Part shown: piece by piece, positions 9,648-19,131 of the stretch | Layout of the letters: the number at the start of each line of letters is the position of its first letter | How positions within the stretch are numbered: the first letter of the stretch is position 1 | From: an uncultured Planctomycetia bacterium | GTDB taxonomy: Bacteria > Omnitrophota > Gorgyraeia > 2-02-FULL-51-18 > JAGOUK01 | Reading direction: 5' to 3' | DNA: 64,000 nucleotides | Assembly (NCBI GenBank): GCA_964430735.1 | Contig: CAYSFB010000001.1 | Location: forward strand, 124,082 to 188,081 | The notes under the pieces: generated by a model | The model's database searches: none | Seen by the model: the letters and a program-made list of their open reading frames with translations, nothing else | Told to the model about the DNA's origin: nothing | Translations under genes and position numbers: made by a program

Positions 9648-10539
9648 GCGTTCTCCATTCCGCCAAAAGGTCTTTCATCGACTGTTCAAAAGAAATTTTG
9701 GGAAGCCAACCGGTCCGTTTTTTAAACTTGGAACCGTCCCCCACGATGACGGGAAGGTCGCTGGGACGGACCCGGTCGCCGTCCGGAACGATCCTAAAAT
9801 CGACGGTCGACTCCCGGCGCAGCAGATCCAGGATGCCTCCCACCGCAATACCTTCGCCCGAGCAGATATTATACACATCGCCCGGCTCGCCTTTTTCGAG
9901 CGCCAGCCACAGGGCCGACGCCGCGTCGCGCACATCCGTAAAATCGCGGATCACCGCCAGATTACCCACATGTACAACCGGATCCTGCAATCCCGCTTCG
10001 ATCCGGGCGATCTGCCGGGCGAAGGCGCTGGTGACAAAGGCTTCGCTGCGGCCGGGGCCGGTCTGATTGAACAATCTCAGCCGAACGATTTCCAGACCGT
10101 AATTCTTGAAGTACTGCAGACCCATCAAATCCTGCGCGACCTTCGACACGGCGTACGGGCTCACCGGTTTGAGCGGTGTTTCTTCCGTGATCGGCACATC
10201 CTTGGAGTCGATCATTCCGTATTCCTCACTCGATCCGGCAACCGCGATTCTGGGCCGGAGTCCGAGAGCGCGAACCGCCTCAAAAAGATTCACCTGGGCC
10301 GAAATGTTCGTCTGCAGGGTGTCGAGCGGATTGAGCCAGGACTGGCCGATATGCGACTTGGCCGCCAGATGAAAAATCCGGTCCGGCCGCAGCTGCTCCA
10401 GCCCGCTTTTGACCGCTGCCGCGTCCAGCAAGTCGACCGTTTCACGCGCCCATCCCGTGACCTCGGCGCCCTGCGCCGCGCATGCCGAAGCCAGGTGCCG
10501 GCCCATGAACCCCGCGGAACCGGTGATTAGAATTTTCAT
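9613..10539 (-). CDS. NAD-dependent epimerase/dehydratase (GDP-sugar dehydratase/reductase-like SDR)
   Basis: 308 aa, start taken at MKILITGSAGFMG. YxxxK motif YAVSK. The start overlaps the rmlD stop as ATGA. Confidence 0.75.
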   Translation of the reverse strand: MKILITGSAGFMGRHLASACAAQGAEVTGWARETVDLLDAAAVKSGLEQLRPDRIFHLAAKSHIGQSWLNPLDTLQTNISAQVNLFEAVRALGLRPRIAVAGSSEEYGMIDSKDVPITEETPLKPVSPYAVSKVAQDLMGLQYFKNYGLEIVRLRLFNQTGPGRSEAFVTSAFARQIARIEAGLQDPVVHVGNLAVIRDFTDVRDAASALWLALEKGEPGDVYNICSGEGIAVGGILDLLRRESTVDFRIVPDGDRVRPSDLPVIVGDGSKFKKRTGWLPKISFEQSMKDLLAEWRTHVKSNAASANR

Positions 10540-11444
10540 GCTTTGGCCCCCGCCAAGTCCACGTAACGGTCCAATGCATCCTCCCAAGGCCTCAAAACAA
10601 TGCCCAGCTCCGAGGCGATGCGCTCAGTGGTCAGCACCGTATGCTTCGGGCGGACGGCAATCCAGCCCGGAAGATCGCGCCCCGAAAGGCGTGGCAGATC
10701 AGCCGACCGCTTGAGTCGGCGGGCGATCCGTGCCGCCATGCCGTACCGTGTCGTGCCGCCTTTGTTCGCGCAATGAAAAATTCGGTTGGCACGGCGCCCG
10801 GAAGCCCGGGCCTGCAGCAAGAACTTACCGACCACTGCCCACAATGCATCCGCCAGGTCCGTCGCGTAGCAAGGCGACGCCGTCTGACCGTCCACGGCGC
10901 CAGGCGTCTCGCCGCGGCGCAACTTCTCCAGAATCCCGTTTACGAAGTCCATCCGGGTCCCGCCGAAGATCCAGGTCGAGCGAATGACGGCCGAATATTC
11001 CGGCAGCGTGAGCGCGTAGTGCTCGCCTTCGAGCTTGGTAATCCCATAGATCGAGCAAGGCCCGGTCGCATCCTCTTCGGAGTATGCGCCGCCTTTGGTT
11101 CCGTCAAAAACATAGTCCGTGCTCACATGCAGCAGCGCGGCGCCTGACAAGCGGCAGGCTTCAGCCAAACGCCTGACCCCCAGCGCGTTCACCTGCCGGG
11201 CGGCCTCCGGCTGCGCCTCACACACGTCGACGCCCGCCTCCGCCGCGCAATTGATCACGGCCGCGAACGGCCCGTTGCGTTTAAAAAAATCTTTGACGCT
11301 GTCATCCGAAGCGATGTCCAGACGAAGTGTGTCAGCGGCTTTGCGGGAAGCGGTGACCGTCTCGTAGCCGGACGCCGGGGAAGCGGAGCGCACCGCCGAG
11401 CCGAGCATGCCGGCGCCGACGATCAAGATCCGGTCGAGAGCCAT
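10536..11444 (-). CDS. rmlD: dTDP-4-dehydrorhamnose reductase
   Basis: 302 aa, start at MALDRILIVGAGMLGS. The core resembles RmlD (HVSTDYVFDG...YGITKLEGE). It lies immediately downstream of rmlB. Confidence 0.8.
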   Translation of the reverse strand: MALDRILIVGAGMLGSAVRSASPASGYETVTASRKAADTLRLDIASDDSVKDFFKRNGPFAAVINCAAEAGVDVCEAQPEAARQVNALGVRRLAEACRLSGAALLHVSTDYVFDGTKGGAYSEEDATGPCSIYGITKLEGEHYALTLPEYSAVIRSTWIFGGTRMDFVNGILEKLRRGETPGAVDGQTASPCYATDLADALWAVVGKFLLQARASGRRANRIFHCANKGGTTRYGMAARIARRLKRSADLPRLSGRDLPGWIAVRPKHTVLTTERIASELGIVLRPWEDALDRYVDLAGAKA

Positions 11445-11445
11445 C

Positions 11446-12486
11446 TCAGGCCCGCGTCCCGGCCGCGGCGCGCGTTTCCTCGAGCTGGCGGAGATAATTC
11501 TGATAGTCGGCGCTCTTGCGCCGGATGCCGTCCAACCAATCCAGATGGCTTCGGTACCAGGCGGCCGTTTCGGAAAAAGCGCTGTCAAACGAACGGCCCG
11601 GCTTCCATCCGAGCGAACGGATCTTGGAGTCGTCCATCGCGTACCGGCGGTCGTGCCCGAGGCGGTCGGCGACGCGCTGGATCAGTTCCCCCTCGCGGCC
11701 CTCCAGACCCAGCTCCTTCAGAATCCGGCGCGTGAGCGCCAGATTGGTCAGATGAAACCCGCCGCTCACGTTATAAACTTCCCCCGCCGCACCCTTGCGC
11801 CAGGCGAAGTGCACCGCGTCGCAGTGATCGTCCACATGCAGCCAGTCGCGCTCCTGGGAACCGTCGCCGTACAGCGGAAGCGGCTTGCCGGCCAGCGCGT
11901 TCAGAATAAAAAGCGGAATGACTTTTTCGGGATACTGCCAGGGACCGTAGGTATTGGATCCGCGCGTGACGACCACCGGCAGGCCGGTGTGGCGGAACGC
12001 GTTGAGTGCCAGATATTCGGCCGCGGCTTTCGAGACGGAATAAGGATTGGTCGGGTTCAGGGGATCGGTCTCGCGGAACGCCCCCTCGGCGCGGGAGCCG
12101 TACACTTCGTCCGTCGAGACATGGACGAACTTTTTGACGCCGGCAGCCTTGGCCTCCGTCAACAGCGACTGGGTTCCGGCCGCGTTGGACTCAAAAAAAT
12201 CCCGGCAATCGAGCAGGCTGCGGTCCACATGACTCTCCGCCGCAAAATGAAACACTGCGTCTGCACCGGCCATTTTTCCGGCAAAAAGATCGCGGCGGGC
12301 GATATCGATCTGCTCGAAGCGATAACGGGAACCGTATTGCTCGGCCAAACCACCCAGACGCGTGAGGTCCCCCGAATAACTCAACTTGTCCCAGACGATG
12401 ACCGACGCTGCCGGCTCGCGCTCCAGCAGCAGCCTGACGAACCTCGAGCCGATGAAGCCCGCTCCGCCCGTAACGATCAGCTTCAT
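11446..12486 (-). CDS. rmlB: dTDP-glucose 4,6-dehydratase
   Basis: 346 aa. N-terminus [14 protein letters not shown], then HVSTDEVYG and YSVSKAAAE. ATGA overlap with rmlA. Confidence 0.88.
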   Translation of the reverse strand: MKLIVTGGAGFIGSRFVRLLLEREPAASVIVWDKLSYSGDLTRLGGLAEQYGSRYRFEQIDIARRDLFAGKMAGADAVFHFAAESHVDRSLLDCRDFFESNAAGTQSLLTEAKAAGVKKFVHVSTDEVYGSRAEGAFRETDPLNPTNPYSVSKAAAEYLALNAFRHTGLPVVVTRGSNTYGPWQYPEKVIPLFILNALAGKPLPLYGDGSQERDWLHVDDHCDAVHFAWRKGAAGEVYNVSGGFHLTNLALTRRILKELGLEGREGELIQRVADRLGHDRRYAMDDSKIRSLGWKPGRSFDSAFSETAAWYRSHLDWLDGIRRKSADYQNYLRQLEETRAAAGTRA

Positions 12487-13208
12487 TTCCGTGTTCTCGC
12501 CTTCTGGATCAACTGCGAAGCCGAAAACAGCGACTCAAACGTTCCGCAATCGGTCCACCAGCCGTCGACCACGCCGTAGCGCAGGCTTTTTTGGGCGATG
12601 TAGGCGTTGTTCACGTCCGTGATCTCGAGCTCGCCGCGGCGCGAAGGCTTGAGATTCCGGATGAAGTCAAAGACGCGCGCGTCATAAAAATAAAGACCCG
12701 TCACCGCGAGCGTGGATTCGGGTTTAACGGGCTTCTCGACGATCTTCTGAATGCGGCCGGATTTGACGGTCGCGACGCCGAAGCGTTGCGGGTTGCGGAC
12801 GGACTTGAGTCCGAGAAGCGCGCCGTGCGGATTGCGGCGGAAGTCGTCCGCGAACGGCCGGACCGACTTTTCGAACAGATTGTCCCCCAGCATCACCGCG
12901 ATCGGATCCTTCTGAGTGATGTGCTCGACCAGCGACAGGGCCTGAGCGATCCCGCCCTCGCCTTCCTGGTACACATAGTGCAACGTCTTGAGACCCATCT
13001 TGTGGCCGTTGCCCAAAAGCTGCATGAATTCGCCCGAATGGTTGCCGCCCGTCACCAGCACCACGTCCCGGATCCCGGCCTCAACCATCGCCTCGATCGG
13101 ATAAAAAATCATCGGCCGGTCATACACGGGCAGCAAGTGTTTGTTGGTGATCCGGGTCAGCGGATGGAGCCGGGTCCCGAGGCCTCCGGCCAAAATAACG
13201 CCCTTCAT
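12483..13208 (-). CDS. rmlA: Glucose-1-phosphate thymidylyltransferase (short-form sugar nucleotidyltransferase)
   Basis: 241 aa. N-terminal motif KGVILAGGLGTRLHPLT characteristic of NDP-sugar pyrophosphorylases. Confidence 0.8.
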   Translation of the reverse strand: MKGVILAGGLGTRLHPLTRITNKHLLPVYDRPMIFYPIEAMVEAGIRDVVLVTGGNHSGEFMQLLGNGHKMGLKTLHYVYQEGEGGIAQALSLVEHITQKDPIAVMLGDNLFEKSVRPFADDFRRNPHGALLGLKSVRNPQRFGVATVKSGRIQKIVEKPVKPESTLAVTGLYFYDARVFDFIRNLKPSRRGELEITDVNNAYIAQKSLRYGVVDGWWTDCGTFESLFSASQLIQKARTRK

Positions 13209-13214
13209 CGGCTC

Positions 13215-14507
13215 TTATCTCCCCATCGATTCGTAGGCAAATCCCAGCGCCTTCATGGACGCGGGTTCGTACAAATTGCGGCCGTCGATCACCAGCGGAT
13301 GGCGCATGGATTTTTGGACGCGCTTCAGGTCTGCGGTCCGGAATTCCGCCCATTCCGTCACGACGAGGAGACAGTCGGCTCCGCGGCAGGCGTCGTATGC
13401 GTTTTTGGCATACCGGATCGCGGGCAGGACTTCGCGCGCCTTGCTCATCGCCTGCGGATCGTAGGCTGCCACGACCGCTCCGCGATCTTTCAGGAATTTG
13501 ACGATCTCGAGGCTGGGCGCGAACCGCATGTCGTCGGTGTCCGGCTTGAAGGCCAGGCCCCAGACGGCGATCTTTTTTCCTCGGACGTTCCAGAGGCGGT
13601 CTTCAACTTTTTTCAAAAAGTGCTTCACCTGGGACTCGTTGACTTCCTGAACGGCCTTCAGCAGGCGGAAGTCGTAGCCGAGCTTTTCGGAAATATTTAC
13701 GAACGCTGCCAGGTCCTTCGGGAAGCAGAAGCCGCCGAAGCCGATGCCGGCGTTGAGGAATTTTTTTCCGATGCGGCTGTCGAGACCCATGCCGTGGGCG
13801 ACCATCTGGACGTCCGCGCCGGTCAGCTCGCAGATGCGAGAAACGGCGTTGATGAACGAAATCTTCATGGCCAGAAACGAATTGGACGCATGCTTGATGA
13901 TCTCGGCGCTGTTCAGATCGGTGATGACCAGCGGGGCCTTGATGCCCTTGTAAAGCGCGGTGACCGCTTTTTCGGCTTTGGCGCTGTCCACGCCGAGGAT
14001 GATGCGGTCGGGATTCATGAAGTCGTGGATCGCCGTCCCCTCGCGGAGGAATTCAGGGTTGGACGCGACGTCGAACTGGGCGCCCTTGGGGGCGTAGCGG
14101 CGCAGTGTCTCGCGGATTTTGGTTCCGGTGCTGACCGGGACGGTGCTTTTTTCGATGACCAGCTTATGGCGGGGTCCGAGCGAAAGGGCTACCTGACGCG
14201 CGACCTGCTCGATGGCCGACAAGTCGGCTCCGCCGTCCGGAAGCGGCGGGGTTCCGACCGCGATAAAAACCGCGTCCGAAGCCGCGGAAGCCTTGGTGAC
14301 ATCAGGTGAGAACGAGAGACGGCCTTCGCGAACATTGGTCCGGATCATTTCCTCGAGACCGGGTTCGTAAAAGTGGGGCTTCCCCTTCTTCAGCACGGCC
14401 AGCTTGCGGCGGTCGCTGTCGACATTGATCACCCGGTGCCCCAGATTGGCGAAGCACGCGGCGGTGACAAGACCGACATAGCCGGCGCCGATCACCGCGA
14501 TATTCAC
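13215..14507 (-). CDS. ugd: UDP-glucose 6-dehydrogenase
   Basis: 430 aa. N-terminus MNIAVIGAGYVGLV and catalytic region GFGGFCFPKD. ATGA overlap with the lptD stop. Confidence 0.85.
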   Translation of the reverse strand: MNIAVIGAGYVGLVTAACFANLGHRVINVDSDRRKLAVLKKGKPHFYEPGLEEMIRTNVREGRLSFSPDVTKASAASDAVFIAVGTPPLPDGGADLSAIEQVARQVALSLGPRHKLVIEKSTVPVSTGTKIRETLRRYAPKGAQFDVASNPEFLREGTAIHDFMNPDRIILGVDSAKAEKAVTALYKGIKAPLVITDLNSAEIIKHASNSFLAMKISFINAVSRICELTGADVQMVAHGMGLDSRIGKKFLNAGIGFGGFCFPKDLAAFVNISEKLGYDFRLLKAVQEVNESQVKHFLKKVEDRLWNVRGKKIAVWGLAFKPDTDDMRFAPSLEIVKFLKDRGAVVAAYDPQAMSKAREVLPAIRYAKNAYDACRGADCLLVVTEWAEFRTADLKRVQKSMRHPLVIDGRNLYEPASMKALGFAYESMGR

Positions 14508-16738
14508 GAGGCGGACTCCGCCGGAATTTGACCGGCCATGTTCCGCACCTCGCGGTAATGCTGCATGCGTCGGAAGGAATTCTCGGGGAATGCGCTCGGC
14601 GTGAACGTCACGTAGAAGCCGTTCTCGTCGTGGCTGCGGTTATAGATCAAGCGCACCGTCCAGCAATAGAAGTTGTCGCGTTCGACCACAAATTCAAACT
14701 CGTTGTTCCGCCCGCCGTCCGACGCCGAGTCACGCGCGAAGTCGAACCGCTCGTACACGCCGAACTTCCACTCCGGATTCATCCGCCACTCGGCATGCGC
14801 GGTGGTCTGATTGCTCGTGTCGTACAGGAAGCGCTGGCCGATGCCGAGCTTGAGAGGACCGCGCTCGTGCGTCAGGTCGATGTTGGCTTCTTCGAAGCGG
14901 TCGAACTCGGCGCTGTAGCGGGTGTCGACCGTCGTGCTCAGCCAGGTCCAGGGCGAAAAGGTCGTTTCGGTGAGAATCTGGTGCAGCTTGTTCGTATCCA
15001 TCTGGGGCATCACGAACTCGAAGCTGACGATGGACCGCACGAATTCGCGCATCAGCATGTCCGATTCCGGGTTCGAAGGATCCCTCCGGTGCTTGATCTG
15101 CAGCTTGTTCTCGAAGTCGACCGTCATCATGCTCTCGTGGTCCAGCGTATCCAGCCGGTCAAATTGAAACAACTTGTCTTTTTCGTACGTCGGGCGGGAC
15201 TGGTAGAAGTAACTGACGGTCGGCGTGAGGATGTGCCGCATCTGGTCGATGTCGATGCCCCACTGATGGAACGACGCGTCGTAGACCTTGAAGAGCTTGG
15301 TGCTCGCGTCCACGCCGGCTTCCGCGTTGTTCCGGAGGAAGGTGCGCTCATCGCCGTCCATGTTCCGGGTGTAGTACGTGTTGCGCATGCCGACGAAGGG
15401 CGTGATCGCCACGTCGCCCGCCTTGAGCGCATAGCTCAGACGGTTGCGCACGTCGCCGCGGCCGGCATCCTCGTTCTGCTCTTCGGAGTCCAGATCCTTG
15501 AAGGTGCGGTTGAGCCACGTAAACTGGTCTTCGTTCCGGAAATAAAAGTTCGAGTCCCCGATCGCGCGTGTGTGCGTGTCGAAGTGGAATTCCGGCAGCC
15601 GTTCGACGACGGGGATGAAGTCGTCGACCCGGTAGCGGCTCAAAAGGCTCGCGGAGTAGTCGTCGGTCGCGCGCACGATCGACACGTAGTTGTCCGGAAA
15701 CGCGATGCGCTCGAACTCTTCGCGATAAAAATAATCCTGGATCATGTACTCGTCGCTCAGCTTGTTGAGCTCGAAGGTCAGCGAGGTGGCTTCGTCGATG
15801 CGGGCCCGGTGACGGTCCTGGATCCGGTAACGGCTGGCGGTCGGGACCGCGTGATCCTTGGCGCGCGAGCAGTCGTCGCCCGACTCGAAGCAGTCGTCGT
15901 CCGCAAAATAGGTGCGCAGCGCGCCGCGGCCGAAGGTCTCCGAACGGTAGAAGTGTTCGACGCCCCACGCGAATCCCTGGTTTTCGCGCACGTCGAGCAG
16001 CACGTTGCCGTCGTGGTCCTTGTTGGCGTAATACCGGACCTTGGTCAGCGCGAACGCGCCCCATTCGCTCGTCGTGCCGAGTTCGACCTGGATCGGGAAG
16101 CGGTCGAAGTTCTTGATCGGGAGGACGAGCACCGGGATGTAAAACAGCGGGACGTTGCGCAGGCGCAGAATCACGTGCTTCATGACGAGACGGTCGTTCG
16201 GATAGTACTCGATCTCGCGGGATTCCAGGCGGTACTGGGGCGATCCGTCGACGCAATCCGTCGATTCGTCGCAGGTCGTGATGTAGGCGTCGCGGAGCAG
16301 GTAGGCCTCCTTGTCGCCGGCGGTGCGTTCGAGGCTGGCCGCGCGGCCGCGGTAACTCGGCGCGAGAACCGCCTTCAAATCCTTGATCTCGGCCGTCTTT
16401 TGACCGAAGTCGACGTGGATGTCTTCACCGGAATACTTCGCGCCCGGCTGCGTGAGGATCACATTCCCCTTGGCCCAGGCTTCCTTGGTCTTCATGTCGA
16501 CCTCAACTGAATCCGCCGTGAGGACCCAGCCCTCGTAGTCGATCTTGATGTTGCCTTCGCCGCGGGCGCGGTTCTTTTCATAAAAATACTCGACCGCGTC
16601 GCCCTGGATCTTCAGGGGCTTCTCAACCTTGGCCGTTTCGGGCGCAGGGGCGTCGGCGGCCCGGGCGGCGCCGTTTCCGGATACGAGCAGCAGGAGCGCG
16701 AGACAGGCGGCGCTCAATCGTTTCAAAACGGTCTTCAT
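14504..16738 (-). CDS. lptD: LPS-assembly outer-membrane protein LptD (OstA family)
   Basis: 744 aa, start taken at MKTVLKRL followed by a signal peptide. N-terminal OstA-like domain and a long C-terminal beta-barrel. The upstream 247 codons in the ORF track are a GC-rich read-through without a credible start. Confidence 0.8.
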   Translation of the reverse strand: MKTVLKRLSAACLALLLLVSGNGAARAADAPAPETAKVEKPLKIQGDAVEYFYEKNRARGEGNIKIDYEGWVLTADSVEVDMKTKEAWAKGNVILTQPGAKYSGEDIHVDFGQKTAEIKDLKAVLAPSYRGRAASLERTAGDKEAYLLRDAYITTCDESTDCVDGSPQYRLESREIEYYPNDRLVMKHVILRLRNVPLFYIPVLVLPIKNFDRFPIQVELGTTSEWGAFALTKVRYYANKDHDGNVLLDVRENQGFAWGVEHFYRSETFGRGALRTYFADDDCFESGDDCSRAKDHAVPTASRYRIQDRHRARIDEATSLTFELNKLSDEYMIQDYFYREEFERIAFPDNYVSIVRATDDYSASLLSRYRVDDFIPVVERLPEFHFDTHTRAIGDSNFYFRNEDQFTWLNRTFKDLDSEEQNEDAGRGDVRNRLSYALKAGDVAITPFVGMRNTYYTRNMDGDERTFLRNNAEAGVDASTKLFKVYDASFHQWGIDIDQMRHILTPTVSYFYQSRPTYEKDKLFQFDRLDTLDHESMMTVDFENKLQIKHRRDPSNPESDMLMREFVRSIVSFEFVMPQMDTNKLHQILTETTFSPWTWLSTTVDTRYSAEFDRFEEANIDLTHERGPLKLGIGQRFLYDTSNQTTAHAEWRMNPEWKFGVYERFDFARDSASDGGRNNEFEFVVERDNFYCWTVRLIYNRSHDENGFYVTFTPSAFPENSFRRMQHYREVRNMAGQIPAESAS

Positions 16739-17673
16739 TCTTTTTCCTCCGAACGGGCGAAGGCCAAAGCCGCCGCCCCGATGATGCCTGCGTCCGCGCC
16801 GAAAGCGGCCGGAACAATCTTGAGATGCTGCGTCGCCAGCGGAAACGCGTGGCGCTTCACCGAACGGCGCAGCGGGTCGAACAAAAATTTGCCGGCGCCG
16901 GCCACGCCGCCGCCGATCACGATCATTTCGGGGTTGAGAAGATTGCAGATCCCGCCCAAGAAATCCCCGAACTCTTCGGCGACGTCGGCCCAGAACCGCT
17001 TCGCCTTCGCGTCGCCCGCGCGCGCCGCCCGCGTCACGTCTTCCAGCCGGACGGCCCGGCCCATCACCCGCGCGGCCTTGGCGCACAACGCCCGATTTCC
17101 GACGCGCGTTTCGATGCAGCCCCGGCTGCCGCAGCCGCACTTGAGTCCCGTCCGCACGTCGCCGTAGCGGATGTGCGAGATTTCGCCCGCCGAAAACGTC
17201 GATCCGTAAAAAAGCTTTCCATCCCGGACGATCCCGCAGCCGATGCCGGTGCCGAGCGTAAGAAAAAGCGCGTAGCTGCTCCCGCGGGCCGCGCCGAACC
17301 GGAACTCGGCCATCGTCATCGCGTTGCCGTCGTTGTCGATCACGGCCTTGAGACCGGAGCGCCGGCTCAGCAGTTCGGCCAGCGGAATATTGTTCCATGC
17401 GGGCAGGTTGGGCAGCACCAGCACGCGCTTGCGGGCCTGATCGACCGGGCCGGGCATGCCGGCGCCGATCCCGGCGCAATCCGCGCGGCGGACACCGTTC
17501 TGCTTCAGCAGCGCGGCGGATTCTTCGGCGACCCAGCGGACAAATGCGTCAGGCGAACCGACCTCACGGGCTTCGCGCCGGACCGTCGCCAAAATCCGCG
17601 CGTTCCGGTCCACGAGCGCCAAGCGCGCGTTCGTGCCTCCGAGGTCCAATCCGATCGCCCATTTGGGCTTCAT
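16735..17673 (-). CDS. ROK family sugar kinase (glucokinase/N-acetylglucosamine kinase-like)
   Basis: 312 aa, start at MKPKWAIGLDLGGTNARL. ROK Zn motif CGCGSRGC. Its stop overlaps the lptD start as ATGA. Confidence 0.78.
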   Translation of the reverse strand: MKPKWAIGLDLGGTNARLALVDRNARILATVRREAREVGSPDAFVRWVAEESAALLKQNGVRRADCAGIGAGMPGPVDQARKRVLVLPNLPAWNNIPLAELLSRRSGLKAVIDNDGNAMTMAEFRFGAARGSSYALFLTLGTGIGCGIVRDGKLFYGSTFSAGEISHIRYGDVRTGLKCGCGSRGCIETRVGNRALCAKAARVMGRAVRLEDVTRAARAGDAKAKRFWADVAEEFGDFLGGICNLLNPEMIVIGGGVAGAGKFLFDPLRRSVKRHAFPLATQHLKIVPAAFGADAGIIGAAALAFARSEEKE

Positions 17674-17770
17674 AAATATCTTAAATTTCCCCTGTCCTGG
17701 ATGAGCGGTCAAGCCGGTTTTGGAAAGGGGTTATTATACAAGCTTTGGCCGAAGCGGTCTGCTGAAAAAG

Positions 17771-19129
17771 TCAGCGGTTGATGTAGGCGCAGACGCGGTT
17801 TTTGCCCTGCCGTTTGGCCTGATAAAGGGCGGAGTCGGCCCACTCGACGATCTCGCCCGGTTCCCGGATCGCCGAGCTGAATGTCGCCACGCCGGTCGAG
17901 GCGGTCATTTTAAGCGAGAGGTCGTAGGCCTTGTAATCGTGCTGCTCGATGGCGCGCCGGATGCGTTCGGCGACATACATCGCCCCGTTCTCGTCCGTGT
18001 CGAGCAGAATGGCCGCGAACTCTTCGCCGCCGTAGCGGCCGACCAGGTCCACTTCGCGCAGCGTCTTTTTGATGAGCTCCGCGGTCTGGCGCAGGATGGC
18101 GTCCCCGACCAGGTGGCCGTGACGGTCATTGCAGGATTTGAAGTTGTCCAGGTCGATCATCAGGAAGCTGAACTTGAGGTTGAAGCGGGCCGAGCGGCTG
18201 ATCTCTTCTTCGAGACGCTTGAAGAAATGCCGGCGCACGTAGGCGCCCGTGAGCCAGTCGGTGATCGCCAGACGCTGGACGTCCGCGTAGAGCTTGATGC
18301 GCTTGAACTCGGCGATGAAGCGGTCGGCCAGAATCGCGATGGCCGTTTCGTGGCGGCGCTCGAGCCCTTCCAGCGTCAGGATCGCCGACAGACCGTCCGT
18401 CGTGCGCACCGGAATCGCGGTGAAGCTTCCGGTCCCGGCCGGCAGCTTGAGATCGCCCCGGTCCGCCCCTTCTCCCCACACCACCAGCGGCCGGGGGTCA
18501 CGGTCCATGATTTCCAGAAGCCGAAGGTCGAACGGATACACTTCGCCGCGGAACATGACGTCCGGCGACAGGAGGCCCTTGTCCTGGCTCGAAAACTGCA
18601 GGTATCGCTGGTCGATCTGGTACACCCGTTCGATCGTGAGCCCCTGCTTCGCCTGATTCGCCAGCATCACGAGCCTCGACTTGCGGACGCCAAAGCTGCT
18701 CATCAGCACTTCCGAAACGTCGACGAACACGTCCAAAAACTCGAGCGCCCGCGACATTTCCTTCACCTTGTCGTACATGTGGGAGACTTGCTGAATTTCG
18801 TCCTGCAACGCCTTCACCCGGGCATCTCGGTCGGCGACTTCCCTGTTGTAATCACGCGACTTGGCTTCGATCACAGAAATTTCTTCACGCATGTTTTGAC
18901 GATTGACCGCAACCCAGCGCAGCGCCTTCTGAGCCATCCGGTAGGTCAGGAGAATCCCCAGTGCATACAGAATCCAGACGAACGGGTCCATCTCGGCGAA
19001 CAGACACGAGGACACGATCGCCAGCACGCCGATCGCGACCAGCATGACGCGGACCAGGCGCGACGACACCAGGTCCGGCTGGAAAAACAGGAAGAACAGG
19101 AGGCCCTGGATGGCGAGGTAGGACCACAT
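17771..19129 (-). CDS. Membrane-anchored GAF-GGDEF diguanylate cyclase (active GGEEF, intact RxxD I-site)
   Basis: 452 aa, start at MWSYLAIQ. Four predicted N-terminal TM helices and a GAF-like middle region. The C-terminus reads REVDLVGRYGGEEF (GGDEF domain). Confidence 0.82.
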   Translation of the reverse strand: MWSYLAIQGLLFFLFFQPDLVSSRLVRVMLVAIGVLAIVSSCLFAEMDPFVWILYALGILLTYRMAQKALRWVAVNRQNMREEISVIEAKSRDYNREVADRDARVKALQDEIQQVSHMYDKVKEMSRALEFLDVFVDVSEVLMSSFGVRKSRLVMLANQAKQGLTIERVYQIDQRYLQFSSQDKGLLSPDVMFRGEVYPFDLRLLEIMDRDPRPLVVWGEGADRGDLKLPAGTGSFTAIPVRTTDGLSAILTLEGLERRHETAIAILADRFIAEFKRIKLYADVQRLAITDWLTGAYVRRHFFKRLEEEISRSARFNLKFSFLMIDLDNFKSCNDRHGHLVGDAILRQTAELIKKTLREVDLVGRYGGEEFAAILLDTDENGAMYVAERIRRAIEQHDYKAYDLSLKMTASTGVATFSSAIREPGEIVEWADSALYQAKRQGKNRVCAYINR

Positions 19130-19131
19130 GG

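Noticed and set aside
12591-14309. 572-aa plus-strand ORF antisense to rmlA and ugd
   Set aside because: Same reasoning: a GC-rich antisense frame with no recognisable domain, fully overlapped by strong minus-strand genes.
14528-16510. 660-aa plus-strand ORF and the 302-aa minus-strand ORF at 15348-16256 inside lptD
   Set aside because: Both are alternative frames of the lptD region. The lptD frame carries the signal peptide, the OstA domain and a beta-barrel terminus. The other frames are Arg/Pro-rich junk.
16739-17479. 247-codon N-terminal extension of the lptD ORF reported in the track
   Set aside because: The extension is Arg/Gly-rich read-through overlapping the ROK kinase gene. The real start is at MKTVLKRL, followed by a signal peptide and a 4-nt coupled overlap with the kinase stop.
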